Source of the DNA: Nostoc sp. DedSLP01
Lineage (GTDB): Bacteria > Cyanobacteriota > Cyanobacteriia > Cyanobacteriales > Nostocaceae
Direction of reading: 5' to 3'
Length of the DNA: 64,000 bases
Assembly: GCA_034530875.2 (NCBI GenBank)
Contig: JAVRCJ020000002.1
Location: 320,001 to 384,000, forward strand
This document shows positions 1 to 9,583 of the stretch, one piece after another. The position numbers and the translations under genes were made by a program. The number at the start of each line of letters is the position of its first letter. The first letter of the stretch is position 1. Below the pieces are notes generated by a model. That model ran no database searches. It saw only the letters and a program-made list of their open reading frames with translations, and was not told the origin of the DNA.

Positions 1-13
1 AATAGTGTGTTAT

Positions 14-172
14 TGTAGGTTGGGCTGTAGCAAGATCCTGAAGGGTACGGAGTGAAATCCAACGTGGATCTTGGTGTTGGGTTACCCTGCGGGAACCTTC
101 TGCGAGGGAACGGGAACGCCAAGGGCGAACAAGCCTCTTAACCCGTCCAACGCAGTGGCTTCCCAAGCTACA
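14..172. repeat. Composite REP/MITE-like repeat with nested small dispersed repeats
   Basis: Ends TGTAGGTTGGG (14-24) and CCCAAGCTACA (162-172) are inverted. The interior holds GGGAACGCCAAGGGCGAAC and a partial copy (minus strand, ~138-163) of the GGAG-CCA..GCGTTGG element seen at 32196. Confidence 0.55.
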
Positions 173-669
173 AAGTTTATTGCAACATTTTAAGCTTGCC
201 ACGCCAGTAGGGTGCGTTAGCCTGAGGGTACTGCACCAGTTAACGAATTAGATAAAGTTACGTTACTGAGTAAGGGTATTTTTACTTGCAGTACCAACTA
301 AATTGGATACAAAACTTACCAAAATTATACGTTAATTCAAACATTTTTCTAAACGCGATCGCAAACAGACTGATTAGACACTCAATTTATTACAAGACTT
401 TTCATTGATAGCCATTGTGGTGGTACCAAAGCAAATGTATGCTGCGAAAGCGTTACTGGGCTAGTTAAATGTGTGTTCTCTTTTTTGAGCAAACTAACCT
501 AAATTGTACGCCAAGGGAATTTGGTAGGGTAAAGGGAAAGAGAAAAGGTGTTTTATCCCTTGCCTTTTACGGTTTAAACTTTCCCGATTCACCCAGTATT
601 TTTGCTTAGCGCTTTACTAGCGTTTCAGCAACAAAAGAAATAAATTTGCAGTGAATTGTCGGGGGTAAT

Positions 670-2733
670 TTGCAAAACTTGACTTCACCACCTTCTGGCT
701 TCTCTGCTGAACCACTTGCAGGCAGCGAGAGAGTGACAGTAAAGGGAAAGTTTTTCTTTATTGGAGAGAAAAAGTTTTTTCTCAAAGGAGTTAGCTACGG
801 CCCCTTTTCTGTAGGCACGCACGGCGAGTCTTTTCCAGAAAAACCGATTGTGGAAAAAGACTTTGCCTTGATGGCAGAAATGGGAGTTAACTGTCTGCGT
901 ACCTATACTGTTCCACCTAAGTGGCTTTTGGATTTAGCTGCAATGTACGGTCTGAGGCTATTAATCGGTATCCCTTGGACTCAGCATATTGCTTTCCTTG
1001 ACTCTTCTACTGTCAAGGCAGAAATCCGTAACAGCATTGCTCAAGGAGTTAAAGCCTGCCGGAATCATCCTGCCACCTTTGCCTATTTAGTGGGTAACGA
1101 AATTCCTCCAGATATTGTGCGATGGCACGGAGCAAAAAAAGTCCGGGCTTTTATCAAAGAGTTAATGGCGGTAGCAAAATCCAACGATCCCGAAGGTCTG
1201 GTGAGCTATGCCAATTACCCCTCTACGGAGTATTTAAATATTAACTTTACTGATTTTTCGTGCTTTAACGTTTACCTGCACAGGCAAACAGATTTTCGTC
1301 GCTACCTCTCGCGGCTGCATAATCTAGCCGAAGATAAACCCCTAGTGCTGAGTGAGTTTGGTGTTGACTCCATACGTGAGGGAAACCAAGCCCAAGCCGA
1401 AATTCTCTCGCAAAAGCTGTCATCTAGTTTTGAGATGGGAGCAGCCGGAACGATAATTTTTTCTTGGACGGACGAGTGGTTTACCGGCGGATATGCTATC
1501 CAGGACTGGGCTTTTGGTGTAGTTGATGCCAAACGCCTGAAGAAGCCTGCCTTCCAAACAGTGCAGCAGTATTACACGGCGTCTTTACCGCCTGTATTAC
1601 CCAGGTATCCCAAAGTTTCAGTAATTGTCTGCGCTTACAATGCCGAACGCACGATGGATAGTTGTCTGGCTTCTTTGAAAGAACTCAACTATCCCAACTA
1701 TGAAGTCATCGTTGTGAATGATGGATCGCGCGATCGCACTTTAGAAATTAGTCAGCGTTACGATTATGTACGCATAATTAGCCAAGAAAACAAAGGGCTA
1801 AGCGTCGCCCGCAACGTTGGTCTGGCCGCCGCCACTGGCGAGATTGTGGCCTATACGGATTCTGATTGCATGGCAGATCCAGATTGGCTCACTTATCTAG
1901 TAGAAAAGTTCCTTTCTTCAGGTCTAGCCGCTGTTGGCGGGCCAAACTTATCTCCTCCAGAGGAATCTCTCGTTCCCGCCTGCGTCGCCGTTTCTCCTGG
2001 CGTACCTACCCATATCCTTTTGAGTGATGAAGTAGCCGAACATATTGCTGGTTGCAACATGGCTTTTCGTCGGGAGGCGTTAGAAGAAATTCACGGCTTC
2101 AACCCGATATTTCGTGCTGCTGGTGATGATGTCGATATCTGCTGGCGGCTGCAAGATAGGGGTTACACCATTGGTTTTAGCCCAGCCGCAATTGTATGGC
2201 ACTTTCGTAGGAACACAGTAGAAGCCTATCTCAAACAGCAGCAAGGCTATGGCAAGGCAGAAGCACTGGTTTATTTTAAGCATCCTTTCCGCTTTAACCT
2301 TCTGGGACAGCCTTCTTGGTTGGGGAGAATCTACGGAGATTTATCTACATTTGTTCGTCTTGGTCAACCAGTTATTTATTCTGGGGTGTTTGGTCGCGGT
2401 CTCTTCCAAACCCTGTACGAGCCTTCCTCCTCACTTATCTCTTACCTACCTCTGACACTAGAGTGGAACATCGCAGCTTTGTTGCTGTTATTATCTGCAC
2501 TTTTGTCAGGCGATCGCCCTTGGCTGGGTGCGGTAATGTTCCTCATCTCTTTTACATGGTGTGTTGTAGGTGCTTTACAAGCGCGGATCGATCCCCGATT
2601 TGTTGGACTCAGGGCAAGGTTGCTTGTGGCAGTACTGATTTACCTGGGGCCGCTGGTACGTAGTGTAGAACGCTACCGCTGGCGCATCAAGGAACTCACC
2701 AAAGCGCAACCTATAAATTTTGATGACCTTTAA
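670..2733 (+). CDS. Fusion of clan GH-A glycoside hydrolase TIM barrel (GH2/GH5-like) and GT2 glycosyltransferase with C-terminal TM helices
   Basis: GH motifs KGVSYGPF, VGNEIP (acid/base Glu) and LSEFG (nucleophile). GT2 motifs VIVCAYN, NDGS, TDSD, GCNMAFR, GDDVD. Hydrophobic C-terminus. TTG start is uncertain. Confidence 0.85.
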   Translation: MQNLTSPPSGFSAEPLAGSERVTVKGKFFFIGEKKFFLKGVSYGPFSVGTHGESFPEKPIVEKDFALMAEMGVNCLRTYTVPPKWLLDLAAMYGLRLLIGIPWTQHIAFLDSSTVKAEIRNSIAQGVKACRNHPATFAYLVGNEIPPDIVRWHGAKKVRAFIKELMAVAKSNDPEGLVSYANYPSTEYLNINFTDFSCFNVYLHRQTDFRRYLSRLHNLAEDKPLVLSEFGVDSIREGNQAQAEILSQKLSSSFEMGAAGTIIFSWTDEWFTGGYAIQDWAFGVVDAKRLKKPAFQTVQQYYTASLPPVLPRYPKVSVIVCAYNAERTMDSCLASLKELNYPNYEVIVVNDGSRDRTLEISQRYDYVRIISQENKGLSVARNVGLAAATGEIVAYTDSDCMADPDWLTYLVEKFLSSGLAAVGGPNLSPPEESLVPACVAVSPGVPTHILLSDEVAEHIAGCNMAFRREALEEIHGFNPIFRAAGDDVDICWRLQDRGYTIGFSPAAIVWHFRRNTVEAYLKQQQGYGKAEALVYFKHPFRFNLLGQPSWLGRIYGDLSTFVRLGQPVIYSGVFGRGLFQTLYEPSSSLISYLPLTLEWNIAALLLLLSALLSGDRPWLGAVMFLISFTWCVVGALQARIDPRFVGLRARLLVAVLIYLGPLVRSVERYRWRIKELTKAQPINFDDL

Positions 2734-2759
2734 ATACAAATAAAACAAGTTTTAAGACA

Positions 2760-3326
2760 ATGACTCAAACACTAACTCCAGCAGATTTAATCGAGTTTGA
2801 TTCGCCAGCATCCAAAGTCAAAATTTCCTGGCGCGATCGCGGCTATGAATTGTCCTATTGGACAGAAACAGCAATGGAAAAAGAAAGCCTGCTGCAAAAA
2901 GTGATGGATTTATTCCTAGCCCACAAATATTTCATTGTTACAGATGGAGGTTGGAGCGACTGGGATTTAGAGATTTATCGCGGGATTTGGTCAAAAGTGC
3001 AGCTGAAAGTCTGCACTGAAAATCATGGAGGTAAAAAAAGAGTTATCAAAGTGTGGTGTGGGTTGAGGATGTCACAGTTAGCTACTATGGCTATGTTTGG
3101 CTATTCCTTATTCGCGATCGTGGCAATAATTCTGGGAATGCCAGAAGTAGCAGCAGTCACAGCTGTACTAGGTCTGCTCAACGCCAGTGTCATATTATAT
3201 GAAAACTTCCAGCTAGGACGCATTCTCTACCAAGTACTAGAGAATATTGCCAAAAGAGTCTACTTGCTGCCAATTCAAACCACCTCGAACAAGTCTGTCG
3301 CTCAAAGTGCAATATTACAGCCGTGA
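2760..3326 (+). CDS. Membrane protein, probably the separated C-terminal domain of the upstream GH-GT2 protein
   Basis: DGGWSDWDLEI motif followed by two TM helices. Starts 26 nt after the upstream stop, in a different frame. Confidence 0.65.
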   Translation: MTQTLTPADLIEFDSPASKVKISWRDRGYELSYWTETAMEKESLLQKVMDLFLAHKYFIVTDGGWSDWDLEIYRGIWSKVQLKVCTENHGGKKRVIKVWCGLRMSQLATMAMFGYSLFAIVAIILGMPEVAAVTAVLGLLNASVILYENFQLGRILYQVLENIAKRVYLLPIQTTSNKSVAQSAILQP

Positions 3327-3594
3327 TATTTGTTAAGGGGAAAGGGAAAAGGGGTAAAAGTTTTTCCTTCCATTCCTCTTCGCCATTCCCTCTCAAGGGT
3401 AGGTTTTTTATAATCTCAAAAATATTTGAGAAAATTCTCAATTGTTTAACGTGGTTTGCTCGTTAGAGGATTTAAGCATCGGGTGAAATCCTCAAAAATG
3501 CTCGAATAAAAAATACCTACCTTGAAAGTTCCCCTTTCCCCTTTCCCCCTTATCCCCCTCTATCCCAACAACCATACGGGAGGTGAATCTGTAA

Positions 3595-5424
3595 GTGAAG
3601 CAAATCGAAGCGATGATGCATCGATACGGGCAGATGCTCCGATATCCACTGCGCCATTGGCGGACTTTAATAGCAATCCTCGCTCTCACGGCTGGCACTT
3701 CAGCCACCGCAACACTTCAACCTTGGCCGATGAAAATCCTGGTAGATTATGCCTTGGGTCAAGGAGTCATCCCCGCGCAAGTTCGCTCGTTCCTGGAAAC
3801 TTTTAACCTGGCAGTCACCCCAGGACTACTAGTTGTTGTCGCTGCTGTTTGTAGCCTTGGACTTTATGCCCTAAACGCTACTTTGGAAACAAGCCTTACT
3901 TGGGCCTGGAGTGCTGCCGGGCAAGGTATGGTCTACGAACTCGCCCAGAAATTGTTCTATCGTTTGCAGCGCCTTTCAATGCTGTTCCATAACCAACGGA
4001 CTGTCGGTGATTCCCTCAGCCGTTTGGCCGGAGATACCTATTGCGTTTACACCCTGACTGGTGCTTTGCTGATTTCACCCATGCAGCACCTACTGACGCT
4101 AGTAACTATTAGCATTGTCGCCTGGAACCTGAATCCTTTACTAACGCTACTTTCGCTCTTCGTAGCCCCTATAATGGGTGGTTCAGCCCTTGTTTTTGGT
4201 TCCCGAATCAAGCGGCGGACAAAACTTAACCGCGAAGCCCAGTCTCGCCTTACCAGCTTTGTCCACCAAACAGTCACAGCAATTCCCATCGTCCAGGCAT
4301 TTGCTAGGGAGAGTTACAATACCCGGCAGTTTGAGAGCTTAGCGGCAGACGCAGTTGTTCTCTCGCAACGGGAAACTTTGCTCAAGAGTGTTTACAGCGT
4401 AGCAAATGGTTTTGTAACAACTATCGGTACTGCCATTGTTCTGTATGTAGGCGGGCAGCAGGTGTTATTGGGGGCTATGAGTATTGGTAGTTTGCTCGTC
4501 TTCTTAGCATATCTACAGTCTATACAAGGAGCATTTAGGGGGCTGTTTGGTATTTACGGGAGCCTGAAGTCCGTAGATGCCAATATAGATAGAGTCTTAG
4601 AGATTTTGGATGCTGAGGATGGGGTGCAGGATGCCCCTGGTGCTAGACCATTGCCAGTTCGTATGTCGGGAGGACGCGGACACATATCTTTAGAGAAAGT
4701 CACCTTCGGTTACGAACCGAACTATCCCGTCCTCAAAGAAGTTAGCCTAGAAGCCCGACCCGGAGAAACCATCGCCTTGGTAGGCGCTACGGGTGCTGGT
4801 AAGAGTACGCTGGTTTCCCTGATTCCCCGGTTTTTTGACCCCTGGCAAGGACGAGTCCTGTTTGATGGGGTAGACGTAAAAACTGTGCAAATTAAAAGCC
4901 TACGCGAGCAGATTGCCTTGGTGCTACAGGAGCCGTTTCTCCTACCACTCTCGGTGGCACAAAACATTGCCTACGGTCGCCCAAAAGCGAGTTTTGAGGA
5001 GATTGTCGCAGCTGCCAAAGCAGCTAGGGCGGACGACTTCATCCGACAGTTACCTCAGGGGTACGACACCGTTCTCAGTGAAAGAGGAGCTATCCTTTCC
5101 GGCGGACAGAAACAACGACTGGCGATCGCCAGGGCGCTGCTTAAGGATGCGCCAGTACTAATTCTCGACGAACCTACCTCTGCCCTAGATGCTCACACCG
5201 AAATGCTGCTGTTGCAAGCTTTAGACCGACTGATGCAGGGGCGCACGGTATTTATCATCGCTCACCGCCTTTCGACTATTCTCCGAGCAGATCGGATCGT
5301 GGTGCTGGAACAGGGGAGAGTTGTGGAAATGGGAACGCATCAGGAATTGCTGGCAAACTCTGGTCTGTACAAGCGTTTGCACTCCTTACAATTTCCCGAC
5401 TCGCCACAGGAGGTCGCGTTATGA
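3595..5424 (+). CDS. ABC exporter half-transporter (TMD-NBD fused, MsbA/ABCB-like)
   Basis: N-terminal TMD, Walker A GATGAGKS, signature LSGGQ, Walker B ILDE, H-loop AHRLS. GGAGG upstream of the GTG start. Confidence 0.93.
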   Translation: MKQIEAMMHRYGQMLRYPLRHWRTLIAILALTAGTSATATLQPWPMKILVDYALGQGVIPAQVRSFLETFNLAVTPGLLVVVAAVCSLGLYALNATLETSLTWAWSAAGQGMVYELAQKLFYRLQRLSMLFHNQRTVGDSLSRLAGDTYCVYTLTGALLISPMQHLLTLVTISIVAWNLNPLLTLLSLFVAPIMGGSALVFGSRIKRRTKLNREAQSRLTSFVHQTVTAIPIVQAFARESYNTRQFESLAADAVVLSQRETLLKSVYSVANGFVTTIGTAIVLYVGGQQVLLGAMSIGSLLVFLAYLQSIQGAFRGLFGIYGSLKSVDANIDRVLEILDAEDGVQDAPGARPLPVRMSGGRGHISLEKVTFGYEPNYPVLKEVSLEARPGETIALVGATGAGKSTLVSLIPRFFDPWQGRVLFDGVDVKTVQIKSLREQIALVLQEPFLLPLSVAQNIAYGRPKASFEEIVAAAKAARADDFIRQLPQGYDTVLSERGAILSGGQKQRLAIARALLKDAPVLILDEPTSALDAHTEMLLLQALDRLMQGRTVFIIAHRLSTILRADRIVVLEQGRVVEMGTHQELLANSGLYKRLHSLQFPDSPQEVAL

Positions 5425-7217
5425 AACTCTGGTGGCTGCGACTGGCACGTTACGCCCTAGTCCGTTGGCGCGGGCTGGCCTTTGTGCTGGTGCTGATGCT
5501 CGTTAATGTCGGGCTGAATGTCCTCAAGCCTTGGCCTTTGAAGGCGATCGTTGATTGCGTCCTGAGCAACCAACCCCTGCCAAATACTTTTGTTTGGCTC
5601 AAAACCTTAGCTGGTGGTGGCGATACTCAACTACTTGGCCTGTTGGTAGGTGCGACAATCGTTCTCTTTCTAGCTAGTGAAGGAGTTCGTCTGCTCCAAG
5701 ATTATCTCGGCGCTGGCGTTGGCAGTCAAATGAGTTATGACTTGGGAGCAGCACTGTTCCATCGCCTACAGCATCTTTCTTTGGAGTTTCACAACAAACA
5801 GCAAGCTGGAGATCTCGTCCGGCGAGTCATGACCGACAGCATTTGTATTCGGAATTTGGTCATGGGTGTTTTTCTGCCCGTGTTAACTTCTGTGGCGAAT
5901 CTCGCAGTCATGTTCGCTGTCATGTGGCAACTCGATCGCTTCCTTTCACTGTTATCGCTAGTCGTTGCTCCTTTGATTGTGTTACTGATTTGGTTCTTTA
6001 ACCAGCGCATGATTGAGCGAACCTATCAGCATCAACAATTTGAAGGCGAGATTATGGCACTGGGAGAACAGACCTTAACAGCACTCCCAATTGTGAAAGC
6101 ATTCAATCGCGAAGCACACCAAGATGAACGCTTTCGCTACCTGTCCCAAAAAGCACTGCAAGCTTGTTTGCAGGCTATTTTTGCTCAGATGCAATTCAAA
6201 TTTGGCGTCAGTGGAGTAACCGCAGTCGGAACGGCAGCAATCGTGCTATTCGGCGGCTTCCAAGTGCTGAATCAGTCGCTTTCAATTGGGTCTTTACTGG
6301 TCTTCCTTTCTTATCTCGCCTCCTTGTATGCGCCGATGGAGACTTTAGCTTACATGTCTTCTGGTTTTGCAGCAGCCGCCGCAAGTGCTAGAAGAGTGCT
6401 ATTCGTATTAGATGCTAAGGAGGAGGTGCGCGAGACTGCCGATGCCAAACCTCTTGCTAAAGCGACTGGCTACGTCTGTTTAGAGAAAGTCACCTTCGGT
6501 TACCAGCATGGCAAACCAGTACTCCAGGACATATCCTTAGAAGCGCGGCCAGGGGAAACCATTGCCTTGGTAGGAGCCACAGGAGTAGGTAAGAGTACTT
6601 TGGTTTCCCTGATTCCCCGTTTTTTCGATCCTTGGCAAGGACGAGTCCTGTTTGATGGGGTAGATATCCGCGATGTGCAACTGCAAAGTCTGCGCCAGCA
6701 GATTGCTGTGGTGCTGCAAGAGCCGTTTTTACTACCGCTAAGCATTGCCGAGAATATTGCATATAGCTGTGTTAATGCCAGCCGCGAAGCAATTATTGCC
6801 GCCGCCCAAGCTGCCAATGCTGACACCTTTATTCAACTATTACCTAAAGGTTACGACACGGTAATTGGCGAGCGAGGAGCTACACTTTCCGGGGGAGAAA
6901 AGCAACGCTTAGCGATCGCCCGCGCCCTACTCAAGAATGCGCCAGTGCTGATTTTAGACGAACCCACCTCTGCTTTGGACGCTCAAACCGAGTTTCTCTT
7001 GCTAGAGGCATTGGAGCGACTGATGGCAGGACGAACCACGTTTATTATTGCCCATCGCCTCTCCACAATCCAACGAGCAGACCGGATCGTGGTGTTGGAA
7101 GAAGGACGAGTTGCAGAGATTGGCAACCATCAAGCATTGCTAAACGCTCGTGGGCTGTACTATCGCCTGCACCAAACCCAGTCGAGTCGAGCGATCGTCC
7201 ATTCTGAATCAGTATAA
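5421..7217 (+). CDS. ABC exporter half-transporter (paralog; likely heterodimer partner)
   Basis: GATGVGKS, LSGGE, ILDE, AHRLS. ATGA overlap with the upstream gene. Confidence 0.93.
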   Translation: MKLWWLRLARYALVRWRGLAFVLVLMLVNVGLNVLKPWPLKAIVDCVLSNQPLPNTFVWLKTLAGGGDTQLLGLLVGATIVLFLASEGVRLLQDYLGAGVGSQMSYDLGAALFHRLQHLSLEFHNKQQAGDLVRRVMTDSICIRNLVMGVFLPVLTSVANLAVMFAVMWQLDRFLSLLSLVVAPLIVLLIWFFNQRMIERTYQHQQFEGEIMALGEQTLTALPIVKAFNREAHQDERFRYLSQKALQACLQAIFAQMQFKFGVSGVTAVGTAAIVLFGGFQVLNQSLSIGSLLVFLSYLASLYAPMETLAYMSSGFAAAAASARRVLFVLDAKEEVRETADAKPLAKATGYVCLEKVTFGYQHGKPVLQDISLEARPGETIALVGATGVGKSTLVSLIPRFFDPWQGRVLFDGVDIRDVQLQSLRQQIAVVLQEPFLLPLSIAENIAYSCVNASREAIIAAAQAANADTFIQLLPKGYDTVIGERGATLSGGEKQRLAIARALLKNAPVLILDEPTSALDAQTEFLLLEALERLMAGRTTFIIAHRLSTIQRADRIVVLEEGRVAEIGNHQALLNARGLYYRLHQTQSSRAIVHSESV

Positions 7218-7232
7218 ACCAGGAGAGCTAAG

Positions 7233-7805
7233 GTGAGTGATTTAGCCAACTATCAGTCAGCTTACAGGGCAATTACGAATTTTCCACCCAATGTCCAAAT
7301 TGGTGAGAATACAGTCATCATGGGCAATCTTGCGTTTAAGCGATTCCATAGCCGCAATAAACAGGGGCTAATCATTGGCGACAACTGCACTATGGATGGC
7401 GTTCACTTCGATATTGGCGAGAAAGGACAAGTCGAGATTGGTAACTACTGCTACTTCACCAACGCTGTACTTTTATGCGAACTGGAACTTTGCATTGGCA
7501 GCTACGTTGTCATTGGCTGGAATACAACACTCGCCGATACTGACTTTCATCCCATCGCCCCTGCCGAACGCATTGCTGACGCGATCGCCTGTTCCCCTCT
7601 GGGCAATACCTCACTTCGGCCAGAAATCGTCAAGCGACCCATAGTAATTGAGGACGGGGTGTGGATTGGGCCGAACGCCACAATCCTTAAGGGAGTGCGT
7701 ATTGGAACGGGTGCCTTTGTGGAGGCAGGTGCAATGGTAAACCGAGACGTACCGCCACGCGCCAGGGTCATGGGTAACCCAGCGCAGATTATTGGGGAGG
7801 TTTAA
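7233..7805 (+). CDS. Hexapeptide-repeat (left-handed beta-helix) acyltransferase
   Basis: IEDGVWIGPNATILKGVRIG and GNPA motifs; AGGAG upstream. Confidence 0.88.
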   Translation: MSDLANYQSAYRAITNFPPNVQIGENTVIMGNLAFKRFHSRNKQGLIIGDNCTMDGVHFDIGEKGQVEIGNYCYFTNAVLLCELELCIGSYVVIGWNTTLADTDFHPIAPAERIADAIACSPLGNTSLRPEIVKRPIVIEDGVWIGPNATILKGVRIGTGAFVEAGAMVNRDVPPRARVMGNPAQIIGEV

Positions 7806-7810
7806 CGGCG

Positions 7811-8416
7811 ATGGTTGCTGCACGCACTCTCTCCTGGGATTGGTATCCGGGAACGATTCCAGAAAATGTAGTTCTTGACGAAACTGCATACGTGGAAACG
7901 ACCTTTAGTTTTTACTTATACCGCAGCGAAGCACCAGTGGGCGTCAAATTCGGTCGCGGTGCTTCCACCTATTTGGGGACGATGTTTGATGTCGGCCCTC
8001 GCGGGCAGGTCAGTTTGGGCAACTATGCGCTGGTTCACGGAGCCAGGATTATCTGCGACGCCCAAATCGAAATCGGCGATTATGCTCTCATTTCTTGGAA
8101 TGTGGTTTTAATGGATACCTACCGATTACCGTTCGACCCGACACAGCGGCGGCACGAACTGGAACAGATACCGTTTCGTTCCCCTCGATGTATTGATGCA
8201 ACGGTACCAGCGCAACCAATCTTCATCGGTGCTAACGTTTGGATTGGTTTTGATGCCTGCATATTACCAGGCGTCACCATCGGAGAGGGGGCGATCGTTG
8301 GTGCGCGGTCTGTTGTCACGCAGGATGTCCCACCATATACCATCGTGGCTGGCAATCCTGCCCGTGTTGTTCGTCACTTAGATGCAGGAGGCAGCGATGG
8401 TAAGCGAACGCCCTAG
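7811..8416 (+). CDS. Hexapeptide-repeat acyltransferase (second copy)
   Basis: IGANVWIGFDACILPGVTIGEGAIVGARSVVTQDVPPYTIVAGNPAR. Confidence 0.9.
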   Translation: MVAARTLSWDWYPGTIPENVVLDETAYVETTFSFYLYRSEAPVGVKFGRGASTYLGTMFDVGPRGQVSLGNYALVHGARIICDAQIEIGDYALISWNVVLMDTYRLPFDPTQRRHELEQIPFRSPRCIDATVPAQPIFIGANVWIGFDACILPGVTIGEGAIVGARSVVTQDVPPYTIVAGNPARVVRHLDAGGSDGKRTP

Positions 8417-9581
8417 TAAGGGAAAAATCATTGTCTTCGGAATTCTATTTTGGTATCCCTTAGCAGGGGTGACTTATCAGTTCCTCCACTACCTGCTGGG
8501 GCTGCGCCGCTTAGGTTATGACGCTTACTATATAGAAGATTCATGGCGTTGGATTTACAACCCCCGCCTCAATGACCTTTCTCCAGATGCGACTGAGAAT
8601 ATTCAGCGAATTGCCCCAATTTTAGAGGCTTATGGCTTCCAAGACCGCTGGGGATTTCGCGACTATCTGGGGGGTGAGTGTTATGGAATGACTCAAAGCG
8701 AAATCTTGCAATTATATAAGGAAGCAGACGCCTTCTTAAACGTCACGGGCGACCAGGAAATCCGCGAAGAGCATCTGGCTTGCCCGCGCCGCATCTATGT
8801 AGAATCAGATCCGGTTGCTTCCCAAATTCGGGTTGCTCAGGACGACAAAAAACTCATCGCTCACCTGTCCGCCCACGACACTCACTTCAGTTTTGGGGAA
8901 AATCTCGGCGCACCAGATTGTGGCGTTCCCGTTGGTGGTTTTAACTGGTTACCTACCCGCCAGCCAGTTGTGCTGGATTTGTGGGAAACTCCAAACTTCA
9001 CACCTGGGATTGCTTACAACACCATTGCCACTTGGAATAATAAGGGCAAAGACATTACTTATGAGGGCAAAACTTACTATTGGCGCAAAGCGCGTGAGTT
9101 AGAAAAATTTCTCGACCTTCCCCAGCGGCGTCCGTTGCGATTTGAGATGGCGACGAATGTCAGTGACGAGGAAAGAGAAACTGTGCGCTGCTTGCTGCAA
9201 AAGCATGGTTGGAGCCAAATAGACGCGGTGGAACTCTCTCAGGATATGAAGAATTACCGCGCTTATATCCAGGAGTCGCGCGGGGAATTTACGGTGGCGA
9301 AGGAGCAATATACGCGGCTGTTAAGCGGTTGGTTTAGCGATCGCTCTGCTTGCTATCTCGCCGCCGGTCGTCCCGTAATTACTCAGGAAACGGGATTCAG
9401 CAAATATCTGCCAACAGGTAAAGGACTTTTTGCCTTTAACAATATGGAAGATATTTTGGCAGCACTCGACACAATTGAAAGCGATTACAAAGGCAATTGC
9501 CAAGCAGCTAGCGAAATCGCCTCAGAGTACTTTGCCGCAGAAAAAGTGATTGGTAGTCTTATGGAAAGAGCGGGGTTATAA
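8397..9581 (+). CDS. Uncharacterised GT-B-like glycosyltransferase, paralog 1
   Basis: HYLLGLRRLG...YYIE at the N-terminus; GWFSDRSACYLAAGRPVITQETGF at the C-terminus. Start moved to ATG 8397 because GGAGG precedes it. Confidence 0.7.
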   Translation: MVSERPSKGKIIVFGILFWYPLAGVTYQFLHYLLGLRRLGYDAYYIEDSWRWIYNPRLNDLSPDATENIQRIAPILEAYGFQDRWGFRDYLGGECYGMTQSEILQLYKEADAFLNVTGDQEIREEHLACPRRIYVESDPVASQIRVAQDDKKLIAHLSAHDTHFSFGENLGAPDCGVPVGGFNWLPTRQPVVLDLWETPNFTPGIAYNTIATWNNKGKDITYEGKTYYWRKARELEKFLDLPQRRPLRFEMATNVSDEERETVRCLLQKHGWSQIDAVELSQDMKNYRAYIQESRGEFTVAKEQYTRLLSGWFSDRSACYLAAGRPVITQETGFSKYLPTGKGLFAFNNMEDILAALDTIESDYKGNCQAASEIASEYFAAEKVIGSLMERAGL

Positions 9582-9583
9582 GC

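Noticed and set aside
2728..2743. prfB-like +1 frameshift at CTT TAA
   Set aside because: The +1 frame hits TAA at 2741 and no internal SD is evident; only the -1 frame connects to the next ORF.
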